Source of the DNA: a virus
Strand: one strand, 5' to 3'
Length of the DNA: 64,000 nucleotides
Virus record (IMG/VR): IMGVR_UViG_3300020045_013318
Location: 13,136 to 77,135 of that record
Shown: positions 43,117 to 53,553 of the stretch, piece by piece
How the letters are laid out: the number at the start of each line of letters is the position of its first letter
How positions within the stretch are numbered: the stretch's first letter is position 1
Notes under the pieces: generated by a model
Database searches by the model: none
Told to the model about the DNA's origin: nothing
Seen by the model: the letters and a program-made list of their open reading frames with translations, nothing else
Program-made: the position numbers and the translations under genes

Positions 43117-44834
43117 GGAAAACTGAAACTTTGCTTCATGGTGAAGCTAGAGATGCAATCTTACGAGGTGTAAATGCTGTAAATGACGCTGTTAAATTAA
43201 CTCTTGGAGTAGAAGGAGCCAGTGTATTATTACACCGTTCATTTAATCGTGGTTCACGAATAACTAATGATGGCGTAACTGTTGCAAAATGTATAGAACC
43301 AAAAGATGAATTTGAGAATCTTGTCGCTACCTGTTTCAAAGAAGGGTCTAGTAAGACAGGTGAAAGAGCTGGAGATGGAACAACAAGCACTTGTGTCATA
43401 TCTGCAAAACTTATAAATGATGTTCTTTCAAAAACAGATCAAAAACTTAAGACTCAATTCACGGGTATTTCTTCATCTAAAGTCGGAGTTGTTGCTATAA
43501 AGAAAAAGATATTAGCTTCTATTCCAATTATTAAAGCTGAAATAGCTAAAGTTACGAAGAAAATAAAAACTCAAGAAGAATTAGAACATATTGCCAATGT
43601 ATCTTTGAATGATAATAAGGAAGTAGCAAAAATTATAGCAGATATTATTTGGAAAACTGGAGAAAACGGTTTTATAACTCTCTCTGATGGCTTTAAGGGA
43701 TTATTAGAAACAGAAATCATCAAGGGTTCAAGATTCCCTATGAAAGTACCCCATGTTAATTTTCTAACTAATCCTGAAAGATTTGAAATGGTAGCAGAAC
43801 AAGCTGATTGTGTTGTTACTAATTGGAAACTTGACTCTATTCGTGAATTTGGGAATTTATGGAATGGGATATGTAATTCTGATCCTAAAAAAGTTAAACC
43901 TAAACTTATTATTTTTGCTAGTGATTTTTCAGATGAAGTCTTGGGACAAATGATTCAAATTATGTTTCCTATAGGTCAAGATGGTAAAAGAGGAGTGAGT
44001 GGTTTACGCATTTTTCCAGTTAAATGTCCGTCTTTAAGAACGGAACAGTTTGATGATTTAGCTGTTTTTTTAGATGCCAGATTCATAGATATAAATAAAG
44101 GTGATAAATTATCCCAAGTTAGAGAAGTAGATTTGGGTTTTGTTGATAAATGTACTGTAAAAAGTGTTGAAGATAGAGAAGATGCTGTATTACTGGGTGG
44201 TAAAGGATCAAAAAATACTAAAGTTCAAGAAAGAATAGAAATACTTAAACAACAAAGGGATTTAACAAAATTACATCCTTATAAATTGACAATAGACAAG
44301 AGGATTGCCTCTCTTTCCTCATCTGGCGGACTTATTCGTGTAGGAGCTTCAACAGAAGCAGAAGCGTTACCTTTGAAACATAAAATTGAAGACGCTGTTT
44401 TTGCTTGCCAAAACGCATTGAAATTTGGTTATGTTGAAGGTGGAGGATTGTGTTTGAAAAAGATTGCTGATAATTTATATAAAGATGAAAAATTTATATA
44501 CGATGCTCTGTGTGCGCCATATTTTCAAATACAAGAAAATGCTGGAGAAGAAGTGAAAATTACCAAAAATATAATAGACCCTGCCCGGGTAGTTGAATTA
44601 GAAGTTGAATGTGGTTTTGGAGTGGCGGCTAATCTTATAACAGTAAAAGCAATAATCCCTGAATTTGATGAACACGATCCAAAAGATGGATATAAACTTA
44701 TAGCGGAAGCTATACATCATTATAATTATTATTTTGCCAAAAGAGAGGGCTTATTAAAATCTGGTATTGATGAGGCTAAAACCGAACAGTTAGAGAGACA
44801 GGAAGCAAAAATACAATCAGAATTATCTGATTAA
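43113..44834 (+). CDS. groEL: divergent chaperonin GroEL-like with C-terminal extension
   Basis: ITNDGVTVAK, AGDGTTS, IRVGASTEAE, KIEDA, GYVEGGG, IIDP. Confidence 0.9.
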   Translation: MRKTETLLHGEARDAILRGVNAVNDAVKLTLGVEGASVLLHRSFNRGSRITNDGVTVAKCIEPKDEFENLVATCFKEGSSKTGERAGDGTTSTCVISAKLINDVLSKTDQKLKTQFTGISSSKVGVVAIKKKILASIPIIKAEIAKVTKKIKTQEELEHIANVSLNDNKEVAKIIADIIWKTGENGFITLSDGFKGLLETEIIKGSRFPMKVPHVNFLTNPERFEMVAEQADCVVTNWKLDSIREFGNLWNGICNSDPKKVKPKLIIFASDFSDEVLGQMIQIMFPIGQDGKRGVSGLRIFPVKCPSLRTEQFDDLAVFLDARFIDINKGDKLSQVREVDLGFVDKCTVKSVEDREDAVLLGGKGSKNTKVQERIEILKQQRDLTKLHPYKLTIDKRIASLSSSGGLIRVGASTEAEALPLKHKIEDAVFACQNALKFGYVEGGGLCLKKIADNLYKDEKFIYDALCAPYFQIQENAGEEVKITKNIIDPARVVELEVECGFGVAANLITVKAIIPEFDEHDPKDGYKLIAEAIHHYNYYFAKREGLLKSGIDEAKTEQLERQEAKIQSELSD

Positions 44835-44894
44835 CTTGTAAAATATTTTATTTTGTTTATTATTATAAAGTTTTATTTTTAATCAATTTATAAA

Positions 44895-44984
44895 ATGGAC
44901 AATCCAATAGAAGAAGTAGCGAAAGAAAATGTAGAAGCTGTTGAAAAGACAGAATCAGAAGAAAGTGAAGGACAAGGAGAATAG
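44895..44984 (+). CDS. acidic micro-protein (29 aa, not in ORF track)
   Basis: MDNPIEEVAKENVEAVEKTESEESEGQGE; AT-rich promoter-like sequence upstream. Confidence 0.4.
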   Translation: MDNPIEEVAKENVEAVEKTESEESEGQGE

Positions 44985-45123
44985 TTACATAGTTTGATTG
45001 GCTTAAAGCGTACCATTATCTATGGCTCGCTTTTTGCTTTATATATCTACTTATTTTCGGTTTTGTTGATATTGTAATGACCAATATCAACTATTTGACC
45101 GCCATTCAGAGTTGAAAATTAGA

Positions 45124-45153
45124 AACAGCCCCGTAGAGGATTACGGAGCTGTT
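45124..45153. terminator. hairpin at convergence of the two transcription directions
   Basis: AACAGC.CCGTA/TACGG.GCTGTT. Confidence 0.55.
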
Positions 45154-45198
45154 ATGGTTTTTGGCAGGTTTGTCTACTTGCCTCCTAAAAGTTGTCGT

Positions 45199-45426
45199 TC
45201 AGTATTGAGCCGAATAAATGTCATCACTTGGTGCAACGGAATGTTCGGCTTGAACTTGACCGCTAGTTTTTTCTTGTGTGATTTCTTTTTCATAACCTTG
45301 CGGAAGTTGTGTGGTTTCGCCAGACATTAAGTAATTGCCTCTACAGAGTAAACTACAATAAAGTCTGTCCTTGATTATGAGAAATGGCTGACTGATGTAT
45401 GTACCACAGTAAGAACATTGTGCCAT
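45199..45426 (-). CDS. small Zn-finger protein
   Basis: CSYC ... YCSLLC. Confidence 0.45.
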   Translation of the reverse strand: MAQCSYCGTYISQPFLIIKDRLYCSLLCRGNYLMSGETTQLPQGYEKEITQEKTSGQVQAEHSVAPSDDIYSAQY

Positions 45427-45457
45427 AATTCACCTTTGGTTTTTTATTCTATGTTTA

Positions 45458-46771
45458 TTATAACACGCGATAGAAGAATGTCTGTAACTTCAAGACACCC
45501 TCATAGTATTTTTTCCACGAATCTAGTTGATAAAAAGTGTCTATTTTTCCTGTAAGACTATTGTTTGAAATTATGTGAGTTTTACCACAAATTCCCGCAT
45601 GTCCTTGAACCTTAACTGTCCCATCATCATTTAAGATTTGAGGGGATATTATAATCGCTCCCACTTCGTATCCATCTACTCTATGAAATCGTGAATCACT
45701 TTCAAGTATCTTATACATCCGAGCCGTAGAAGCTCCTCCTCCTATCTCTCTACCAAAAGTCTTTTTATAAACAGCATTGAGTTGTAAGGCGCAAGATAGA
45801 TGAGGAGGAGCAATGTTATGATCTACCAAATCAAGTCCTAAACATCCTTTAGCTGTGTAATAAAGCAATTTAGCATTATCTGTCCACTCATTTGTAGGTG
45901 GTAGCGGTTTAGGGACAACAGAAGGCGGAATGACTATAGGTATATTGTTTTTTTTTAGGATTCCTAGAAGTTCAGCTAATCTTCGTAAGAATAGGGGAAT
46001 ATTGCTACTGACTGTAAAAGTTGGTTTTTTCAAAGCTATATGATACCTCTTACAAAAGAGTATGCTGTGATCCCACGCTAGATGTTTAATGGTTGAGCTT
46101 TCTTCTTCGTACGAGTCATTGACTACCCAAAAATTATTATTCAAAAAATGAACATAGTTAGTCCAGTGGTTATTGGATAGACTTTTATCCACATATACCC
46201 CATTTTCTTTGTACCATGCCGTTACGGAGATACTGGGAGGGCATAAAGTTAAAGACTCTTTCATGTTTTTGATCCTAACCTCAAGAGAAGTACCCGGAGT
46301 AAAAACCCACTCATGGAAAAATTCAAATTTATCTAACCATTTTTTACCCGCTTCTCTACATGCCTTTTCATCTGCTCCTTTGAATGAATAGTATTCATCA
46401 ACATTTTGCAAATCCTTTGAAAAAGGTAACATCTCCTCTGGTATCAATCCGTGTTTTCTTATAGCTTCTGCTACGATGTGGGGACTATTACCTGGGGGTT
46501 TAGTACCTGCTACAATTCCCAACCACCTGTCAGAATAATTGACAGTCTCTCCTGTGATGACAAATATCATCTTTTCTACTGAAGATAGGGTGTTGAAGCT
46601 AGTGCAATTATAAGTTTCAAAGTTAGCGTTTTGTATTTCTTTATCCACAAGATCAGACCAGTCTGCATTTGGGCGTAAAACCAGTTTTGGGACATTACTT
46701 GCTCCAAAAACATAGTCTTCGGCAAGAAAGACATCTGGTAAAAATCCTTTATTTTCAAAACCTAATTTCAT
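45458..46771 (-). CDS. papain-like cysteine peptidase fused to CHAP/amidase-like domain (endolysin candidate)
   Basis: Q..ETYNCTSF, NHW, NDSY; C-terminal SCA..LN.V, GAIIIS, GHAGI, ISNNS. Confidence 0.7.
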   Translation of the reverse strand: MKLGFENKGFLPDVFLAEDYVFGASNVPKLVLRPNADWSDLVDKEIQNANFETYNCTSFNTLSSVEKMIFVITGETVNYSDRWLGIVAGTKPPGNSPHIVAEAIRKHGLIPEEMLPFSKDLQNVDEYYSFKGADEKACREAGKKWLDKFEFFHEWVFTPGTSLEVRIKNMKESLTLCPPSISVTAWYKENGVYVDKSLSNNHWTNYVHFLNNNFWVVNDSYEEESSTIKHLAWDHSILFCKRYHIALKKPTFTVSSNIPLFLRRLAELLGILKKNNIPIVIPPSVVPKPLPPTNEWTDNAKLLYYTAKGCLGLDLVDHNIAPPHLSCALQLNAVYKKTFGREIGGGASTARMYKILESDSRFHRVDGYEVGAIIISPQILNDDGTVKVQGHAGICGKTHIISNNSLTGKIDTFYQLDSWKKYYEGVLKLQTFFYRVL

Positions 46772-47130
46772 TCTATTAGTTTAGATAAATAAGCTATTCC
46801 ACCTGCAATAACTCCGATAGAGCCTATGATTGCTGCTATATAAGCTAAAACTTTCACACCACTTGAAAGCCATTCACGAGATTTATCTAGGGGTATAATT
46901 TTATTATTAAGTTCAGTGAGGATTGTATCTTGTTCGTTCAGATGGTTTTTAATAGAATCTAATTTACCATTTACTGTAATTTGTACCGCAGAAGACACGA
47001 TTGTTTCAATAGATTTCTTGTCAGCAACATTTATAAGCATATCTCTAATTTCTCCAAAATTACGACTATCATCTAGTTCATGCTTGATTTGCCAATCGGA
47101 TATTGTTTTGAGAGTTACTTCTTTTTCCAT
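46768..47130 (-). CDS. membrane protein (holin-like position)
   Basis: C-terminal TM helix; upstream of peptidase. Confidence 0.6.
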   Translation of the reverse strand: MEKEVTLKTISDWQIKHELDDSRNFGEIRDMLINVADKKSIETIVSSAVQITVNGKLDSIKNHLNEQDTILTELNNKIIPLDKSREWLSSGVKVLAYIAAIIGSIGVIAGGIAYLSKLIE

Positions 47131-47132
47131 AT

Positions 47133-48890
47133 CTAATTATTAGAAAGAGCTGGCACTATAAATACAACAGCCGATGATCCTCTCATACTTGCTCCTGTTG
47201 ATGGAGTTGGAAATGTTGCAGGAAAATTAACAGCATCATAAGTTCGTGTTACTTGCCACGCACACTGCACAACACCAAAGTCTTGGTCAATTCCCATAGG
47301 ACAAGCTATAGCAGAGTTAGTAGATGAACCACGCAAAGTTGGTGTTGCGACTCCTGTCCAATAAGCAATCCAATAAAGTTTTCCTACTTCAGGAGTCCAA
47401 TTTACCGCACCAGTTATTCTTCCAGTAGCATCACTAATTAACTCGCCTGTAGAGGTTACGAGAGTGGTTGGAAAGAGAGCAGTAGATGAGGAATTTTCAT
47501 ATACGGCAAATCGTGTTCGTGAACCAGCACCACCTGCTGTTCCTACCCAACCTATAAGGGAGTTTACTTTACAATTTTCATGACATACCCACGGGAAAGC
47601 TACGATAGTGTTAATGATTGCACTTTGATTAGAAACAATCATAAACCCACCAGTTACTCCAGCTGGGTGATATAAGGTTGAGGTACTAATTGCTGTATTA
47701 GTAGTTGTTCCACTTTTGAAATCTGTTAATGACATAACAGGATTTTGCCATATAGGTTTACCTATAGTGGTAGAAGCGACAAGTGTTTGTCCGCTAAGAC
47801 CTTGCGTTGATGTACCCGTACCACCACTTGAAACTGGTAATGGGTTAGTAAGTGATAAATCTCTAGCAGATAATCCTCCTGTTATACTTGTTGTTGCAGT
47901 AGTGGAATTAGTGCGCAAGTAATCAAACTGTGGACGAGCAGTATATGACGGTATCGTTCCATTACTTGTGAGAATAGTTGAAGAAGCACCTATGCCAAGT
48001 TGGGTTAAAGATGAGGGGGCAACACCGTAAAGTAGATCACCATCTAAATAAGAACTTAATCCTGTACCTCCACTTGCTCCAATAAGTGGGGTTGATAGGT
48101 TCAATGTGCCTGCTATGTAGACATCTTTGACCCGTTTAGTTGCCGAACCGATGTCTTCAGTATTAGTAGTTACAGGTAAAAAGTTACCAGTAGAGTCAAT
48201 CCTCCACTGTTGAGTACCTGCTGTTTTGAAGATAATATCTCCCGAACTTCCAGCCGCTCCACTTATAGATAACTCCAAATGTTCATCACCTACCGAAGCT
48301 CTATTGTAATATAAATACCCTTCTTCACCTCCCAATTCTTTGAAGGACAACTTTGCCCCCTCCCCATCAGCACCATCAAATACAATCGTAGGTGTTCCAC
48401 CACTCTGTAATGTAATAAGTTCACTGTCAGTTTCAAAACTGTGTCCGATATGTAAAGCAGTTGAAGGTGTTGGTGTTCTTAAACCAAGTCTCGCATTAGT
48501 ATTGTCCCAGAAAAAATTATCGTTATTTTGTGCAACTAAACCACCAGTATTGGCGAAAAGGATAGAACCTGCTGTGAAAGGAGTGATGATTGACGAACCT
48601 GTACGAAGTGCGCCACCTGTAATAGTTAGTCCATTCGTGCTAGAAAGTCCTACTGTTGATACACCACCTGCAAAGGTGGAGGTGGCTGTACCAGTTACAT
48701 TCAAAGATGTTGTTGCGGTAAGAGTTCCAACCGTGGGTGATGTAGTAGCTGAAAGTTTTGTTATACCTGATGTGGAGGTCGCATAGATTACTCCTTGATA
48801 TGGTTTTATTATTAACTGATTTTGGTCAAAGACTTGTGCGTGAAGAGGTAAAGCAAAGAGTATAAAAAGTGATAGTAGTATTTTTTTCAT
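47133..48890 (-). CDS. tail fibre-like protein with N-terminal signal peptide
   Basis: MKKILLSLFILFALPLHA-Q; ATST repeats, FFWDNTNARLGL.T.TP, GGTG motifs. Confidence 0.7.
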   Translation of the reverse strand: MKKILLSLFILFALPLHAQVFDQNQLIIKPYQGVIYATSTSGITKLSATTSPTVGTLTATTSLNVTGTATSTFAGGVSTVGLSSTNGLTITGGALRTGSSIITPFTAGSILFANTGGLVAQNNDNFFWDNTNARLGLRTPTPSTALHIGHSFETDSELITLQSGGTPTIVFDGADGEGAKLSFKELGGEEGYLYYNRASVGDEHLELSISGAAGSSGDIIFKTAGTQQWRIDSTGNFLPVTTNTEDIGSATKRVKDVYIAGTLNLSTPLIGASGGTGLSSYLDGDLLYGVAPSSLTQLGIGASSTILTSNGTIPSYTARPQFDYLRTNSTTATTSITGGLSARDLSLTNPLPVSSGGTGTSTQGLSGQTLVASTTIGKPIWQNPVMSLTDFKSGTTTNTAISTSTLYHPAGVTGGFMIVSNQSAIINTIVAFPWVCHENCKVNSLIGWVGTAGGAGSRTRFAVYENSSSTALFPTTLVTSTGELISDATGRITGAVNWTPEVGKLYWIAYWTGVATPTLRGSSTNSAIACPMGIDQDFGVVQCAWQVTRTYDAVNFPATFPTPSTGASMRGSSAVVFIVPALSNN

Positions 48891-48891
48891 T

Positions 48892-49794
48892 TTAATAAAG
48901 ATAAGATACTAAAAAAGTATTACCTGCCGAGGCATTAGTAATGGTGATTGTATTTCCACTTCTTGTCCATGACTCTGTGGGTGTCAGTATTTGACCTTGT
49001 CTTGTAACAAACAAAATAGTTGAAAAGGTGTTAGTAAGCTGTGTTAAATTAAGTGTTACATTGTCGCCAGATTGAGTACCTTGCAAACTTTCAGTAAGAA
49101 CATTCAATCCTGTAAATGAAGTAGAAATAGTTTTTGTGCCATCAGAATTAGACACTATTGTAATATTACTTCCAGCTTGGATAATATCACCCCCACCTCG
49201 CATGACAGATTTTTCTTTCTGTCTTAAGGGTTTATTTTTTAATCCCAAAGTGTAGTCTAACTTTTGAGTGTATCCTAAACTTTCTAAACCCCTTGCAATT
49301 TCTTCCCATGTTAGCTGTGGGGCAGTTTCTTTAATTTCTTTTATAATTTCTCTAGTTGTCTCCTTAATAGGCTGAATAATAGGAATTTCACGAATAGTCT
49401 CAATCCTTTCCACTACTTTTTCAACAACAGGGGGGGTGATTTTTTTAGAAGCAACTTCGGCAATGTCTTCTATGTCTTTTTGGGTAAGCATGTAATCTTC
49501 GCCATCAAGTCCTTCATCGCCTTGTTCTCCTTTAAGTTTTTCTAAATCAATTTTAACATTCTCAATTTTTCTAGCGTAATCATGGGTATCAAAAACAAAT
49601 TCAGTGATTTTCTTTATTCCGTCTTCATGTTTAGAAAGAACATCCAATATAAATTTAGCAAATTTATCAAATTTCTGTGTAAGGTCTCGCACATCTCCAG
49701 TTTGTTTTTCAGAGAGTTTGAAGAACTGAAAGTAAGGAGAGGCTTGATATTCTCTTTTAGTGTCAAGTAATCTTTTGAGTTGCTCTTTGTCCAT
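48892..49794 (-). CDS. virion protein with short collagen-like stretch
   Basis: GEQGDEGLDGED, RGGG hinge, beta-rich C-terminus. Confidence 0.65.
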   Translation of the reverse strand: MDKEQLKRLLDTKREYQASPYFQFFKLSEKQTGDVRDLTQKFDKFAKFILDVLSKHEDGIKKITEFVFDTHDYARKIENVKIDLEKLKGEQGDEGLDGEDYMLTQKDIEDIAEVASKKITPPVVEKVVERIETIREIPIIQPIKETTREIIKEIKETAPQLTWEEIARGLESLGYTQKLDYTLGLKNKPLRQKEKSVMRGGGDIIQAGSNITIVSNSDGTKTISTSFTGLNVLTESLQGTQSGDNVTLNLTQLTNTFSTILFVTRQGQILTPTESWTRSGNTITITNASAGNTFLVSYLY

Positions 49795-49811
49795 GAGTAA
49801 ATTATAAACTA

Positions 49812-51677
49812 TTATTTGAATATATCGCTATATGCACCTTGCAATTCTGGTGGTATTTTTATTATTCCATCCCTTCCCGCAAATTCAGCCATAAAAGCAA
49901 ACCTTTCTCCTGCTAATTGTTCTTCATTTCTAATTTTATATACATTGTCTGTTTTCAAAAAATTCTCTATGTCTCTAACCATTGGTTCATTGAGTTGAGT
50001 TTCCCACACCTCATTAAATCTCTGTGGATTGAAGCCAATCCTATCTTGCATTGAGTGAACAAATTCGTGAAAAACTACATCTTCTTGCTGTAATGGTTCA
50101 AGACTTTTAGATGTATCACTCAAAAAGATTTTTTGTTTTCCACCTTTAGTTTCGGTAAGCAGAATACGATAAACAACTTCAGGAATTTTATCTCCAAATT
50201 TTTGTTCCAAAATATCAAACACCTTTCCACCAAAGGGAATATAATCAATAGGAACTACAGGACGGGTTGTTCCTACTATATTTTTTGCATCGCTAAAATC
50301 AGAAAATTCAGTTTCAGTTTTTTTTAGAAACTGTTTCGCAGTATCAGTGATTGGAAAAGTGTTTGATATATTATTTTTTAATTCTTTTCCTTTGCTAGAT
50401 TCCAAAAATGGCACATTTTCAGTTATTGTTTCTGATATTTTTGATAACAATTTAGTTGTATTCTCTTTAGATATATTCAATCCGGCGCTAACTCCTAGAG
50501 CCGTAGCCTTAACAGGGTCTACAATTCCTTTGTTAAGTAGAGCGGGTTTAACAATGCTTTCTAATGTAGATGATTTAGGCACAGCTATCATGGGATTTGA
50601 GCCGAATGTAGAGTCAATAGAAATTACTCCGTCATAACCTTTAGTCTTTATGAAATCCGCAAAACTTACTTTTGGATCAAAACCGTGAGCTAATCTCCAT
50701 TCTTTATATAGAGGATTTTTTATAAGATCGTCCCCCAAAGAGCGGAGATCAAGAACTTTCTTACCCGGAACAAAAAACTGTTTAAGTTCATTCCCATAAG
50801 GTGTTGCACCCTCTTTAGTTAAGGACAAATACTGACTATCCCCAAATTGCATACCGCCTCTTCCACCAACGGCACTGTGCATACCTGCCGAGCCTTCACC
50901 TCTAAAAGCTGTAAAGCCCTCTGGTATCTTACTTCCTTTAAGAGCATTTTCGTATGTGTTAAACCAATTCTGGACAGACACATCGTCAAACTTATCCCCA
51001 AGAGAATTCCGAGCTATTTCTTTTAAGTCATTGAATGATTTTGCTTCCGAGAAATCTATAGTTGAAAACCTCTTGGCTAAATCTTTCTTACCTTCATGTT
51101 CAAGCTGTTTGACTGCATTGTATCTGATATTATCAGCCGCATCTTGGGCTGTTTTTATAAATTCATGTGGAGCTTTTGCCCCCGCCAATCTTCCAAAAAG
51201 CCTTCCCGCTTCGTTTATAAAAGCTCCTTCTGTTAGAATCCTTGAACCTTCATGAATGGCACTTTGCACCTCATCTTCATTGCCTGTCATTTTAGCAACT
51301 ACTTGACCTGTTAGGGGCAGGTTTATTGTCGGAAAAGGTTTGCCTGTTGAGGGGTCTTTTTTAATGGTTTTGTTCAAAAAATAAGCTCCCAAATGAGACA
51401 GTTGATTAACAAGAGATGGGCCGGCTGATAACGCTCCCTCCATGACAGATTCTCCAGTTTGTAACGGATTTGTAACAGCCTCTTTTACCACTTGACCTCC
51501 TGCGTGTGGCAATTCAGTTAAGACATCTTTAGCTGTTTCTATGGGCTTGTATTCGGAGGGTGTGGCAGGTTTTTGGAGAAGAATGTTTTTGAAAGTACCT
51601 TGCAAGCGTTCCCTTAAAGGTGGGGATTGATTGGAGATTCCTAAGCGCTCTTGGATTGTTTGACTTTGTGGAGGCAT
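49812..51677 (-). CDS. polyvalent ejection protein: ART-like domain plus HExxH metallopeptidase
   Basis: AFRG..FGDSQYLS....A..YG..KGYDGVI; VVFHEFVHS..E.FA. Confidence 0.7.
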   Translation of the reverse strand: MPPQSQTIQERLGISNQSPPLRERLQGTFKNILLQKPATPSEYKPIETAKDVLTELPHAGGQVVKEAVTNPLQTGESVMEGALSAGPSLVNQLSHLGAYFLNKTIKKDPSTGKPFPTINLPLTGQVVAKMTGNEDEVQSAIHEGSRILTEGAFINEAGRLFGRLAGAKAPHEFIKTAQDAADNIRYNAVKQLEHEGKKDLAKRFSTIDFSEAKSFNDLKEIARNSLGDKFDDVSVQNWFNTYENALKGSKIPEGFTAFRGEGSAGMHSAVGGRGGMQFGDSQYLSLTKEGATPYGNELKQFFVPGKKVLDLRSLGDDLIKNPLYKEWRLAHGFDPKVSFADFIKTKGYDGVISIDSTFGSNPMIAVPKSSTLESIVKPALLNKGIVDPVKATALGVSAGLNISKENTTKLLSKISETITENVPFLESSKGKELKNNISNTFPITDTAKQFLKKTETEFSDFSDAKNIVGTTRPVVPIDYIPFGGKVFDILEQKFGDKIPEVVYRILLTETKGGKQKIFLSDTSKSLEPLQQEDVVFHEFVHSMQDRIGFNPQRFNEVWETQLNEPMVRDIENFLKTDNVYKIRNEEQLAGERFAFMAEFAGRDGIIKIPPELQGAYSDIFK

Positions 51678-51750
51678 TGTGGTAATTTCAAATTATGATA
51701 TTGCTTATACTATTTATTGTTGGTTGTGGAATTTTCGCCTTATTTTATGA

Positions 51751-53553
51751 TTAAATTTGAATGTCAGGTTCCATCTTATTTGGATCAAATCTTTCTAATG
51801 GGTTTAGTATGGGAGTATTGTCTATATCTTGAATAATAAACCCTTCACCAACAGCGTTTCCTTGAGATCGTTGTTCTAAAATATACTGAACTATTTGCTG
51901 TTGTTCTTCTTTGTTTTTAGCGGCACGAATAAGAGACTGCTCTTGCCTCGTAAGTGGTATGGGATTTTTTGTAATAAAACCTTTTGTACCTTCACTCATA
52001 GTAAATCCAGCTTTTTGTAATTCATCTGCCAGAAGAGCCATTTTTTGTGTTTCTACTTTTATATTTTCTAATTTTATCAAAATTTCTTGCGCCCTTTTTG
52101 TTATTTCAATTAAATCAGCTTGAATTGGAGGTTTTACTTTGGGAAATCCAGCAAGAGCTTTCGCGGCGAAAGCGCGCACTGTTTCGGTGGATAATAATTT
52201 CTTTGTCACAAATCCTGCAAGAAACTTTGGACTAACAATTCCCGGAGTAATTGCAATCCAATCAGTAAGTGTCATTGAATTATTTGCACCTTGACCTATC
52301 ATTTTACCAGCGATTTCGTCTCCAAGAAATTTACTTGCCTGTATCTCTTTGTTTATTTCACGAAGATTAACGAACCCATTATTGTCAGCGATTTCAAGTT
52401 GCGCCTCACGAATACCCGAGTCTCTATTTGTAGCTCTTTGAACTTGCTCTGAAGTTTTTGTCGGGTCTTTTTTGTATCCTGTTTTTATATTTCTCTCATA
52501 AAAACGCTTCACTTCACTTATTTCAGGAGCAGTAAGACCTTCACCTTTTGCTTTTTCAGCAAGCATAGAAATCCGACTAGCTTCTCTACTTTCAGTACTG
52601 ATAGCAAATTCAGACGCTTCATCAGCTACAATTGTAATTCTTTTGTCTCTGAATGTTCCCGGGATTTTATCAAAAGCCTCATCAACATTTTCTCTTAATG
52701 ATTTGAACCTTGTTGCAAGCTCTGTAATTGTCTGTTCTCTTGTCCCAATAATACCCCTATCAACAAGCCATTTTTCTGGAGAAATTTTTTGTTGTAATTC
52801 AAATTGTTGTCTTTTCGTAGGATTTAATCTATTTATATTGGCAACGATTGATTCCGATAAATTAGTACCGAGAGGGGCTAATTTATCACCTTGCTTTACT
52901 GCCCCTTCGACAATATCATTCTTGATTGATCTAGCTGTTCCCCTAGTCGTATCAATCGTATTTTTTAATACGCTTTTACTTTCTTGAACAGCAGTTTTAA
53001 TAGCTGTTTCAGCAGGTTTACCTCCAACCATTAGAAGTAAGGCATCTCCCAAATTTCTTGTGTTTTTTGCAATATCAGGATGTTGCTGTTCAAGTTCATT
53101 AGCTTTTTTAGAAAGTACAGAAAAAACATCTGAAACTTTATCAAGAGTCCATTCTGTTATAGGTCGTGTTGCAAGCCATTGCATACCGGGAAGGTCGGAA
53201 TATGCTTTTCCTATACCCTCGAGACCTGTTCCAACACTTTTCAAAAATGGTTCAGCAAGAGTTCTTCCCGCTTGAAAAATGGAAAAAGAAGCTCCTCGAC
53301 CTAATGCTGCAGCTTTTCCAATTATTTTAGGTTCTTCTCGTATTGCTTTGAAAGTGTTTTCCACTTCTTGTTGTGTTTTAGCGTACTGTTCATTAAAACC
53401 CGTTTCTTCCCCAAGTTGAAAAGCCGCTTCTTTCAAATTCCTCTCGTGTGGATTTTCTTTCAGAGAATTAGCAATTTCATCAATGTCTTCATCCGTAGGT
53501 TCATTTTCAAATTCTGCCACATATCCGTTTTCAAATTCTACTTGATAACTCAT
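51751..53553 (-). CDS. internal virion/ejection protein
   Basis: YQVEFENG...EFENEPTDEDIDE N-terminus; helical; position. Confidence 0.65.
   Translation of the reverse strand: MSYQVEFENGYVAEFENEPTDEDIDEIANSLKENPHERNLKEAAFQLGEETGFNEQYAKTQQEVENTFKAIREEPKIIGKAAALGRGASFSIFQAGRTLAEPFLKSVGTGLEGIGKAYSDLPGMQWLATRPITEWTLDKVSDVFSVLSKKANELEQQHPDIAKNTRNLGDALLLMVGGKPAETAIKTAVQESKSVLKNTIDTTRGTARSIKNDIVEGAVKQGDKLAPLGTNLSESIVANINRLNPTKRQQFELQQKISPEKWLVDRGIIGTREQTITELATRFKSLRENVDEAFDKIPGTFRDKRITIVADEASEFAISTESREASRISMLAEKAKGEGLTAPEISEVKRFYERNIKTGYKKDPTKTSEQVQRATNRDSGIREAQLEIADNNGFVNLREINKEIQASKFLGDEIAGKMIGQGANNSMTLTDWIAITPGIVSPKFLAGFVTKKLLSTETVRAFAAKALAGFPKVKPPIQADLIEITKRAQEILIKLENIKVETQKMALLADELQKAGFTMSEGTKGFITKNPIPLTRQEQSLIRAAKNKEEQQQIVQYILEQRSQGNAVGEGFIIQDIDNTPILNPLERFDPNKMEPDIQI

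Noticed and set aside
46185-46650. TTATCCACA DnaA boxes in phage B
   Set aside because: Inside the peptidase coding sequence with no adjacent promoter geometry; compatible with chance.
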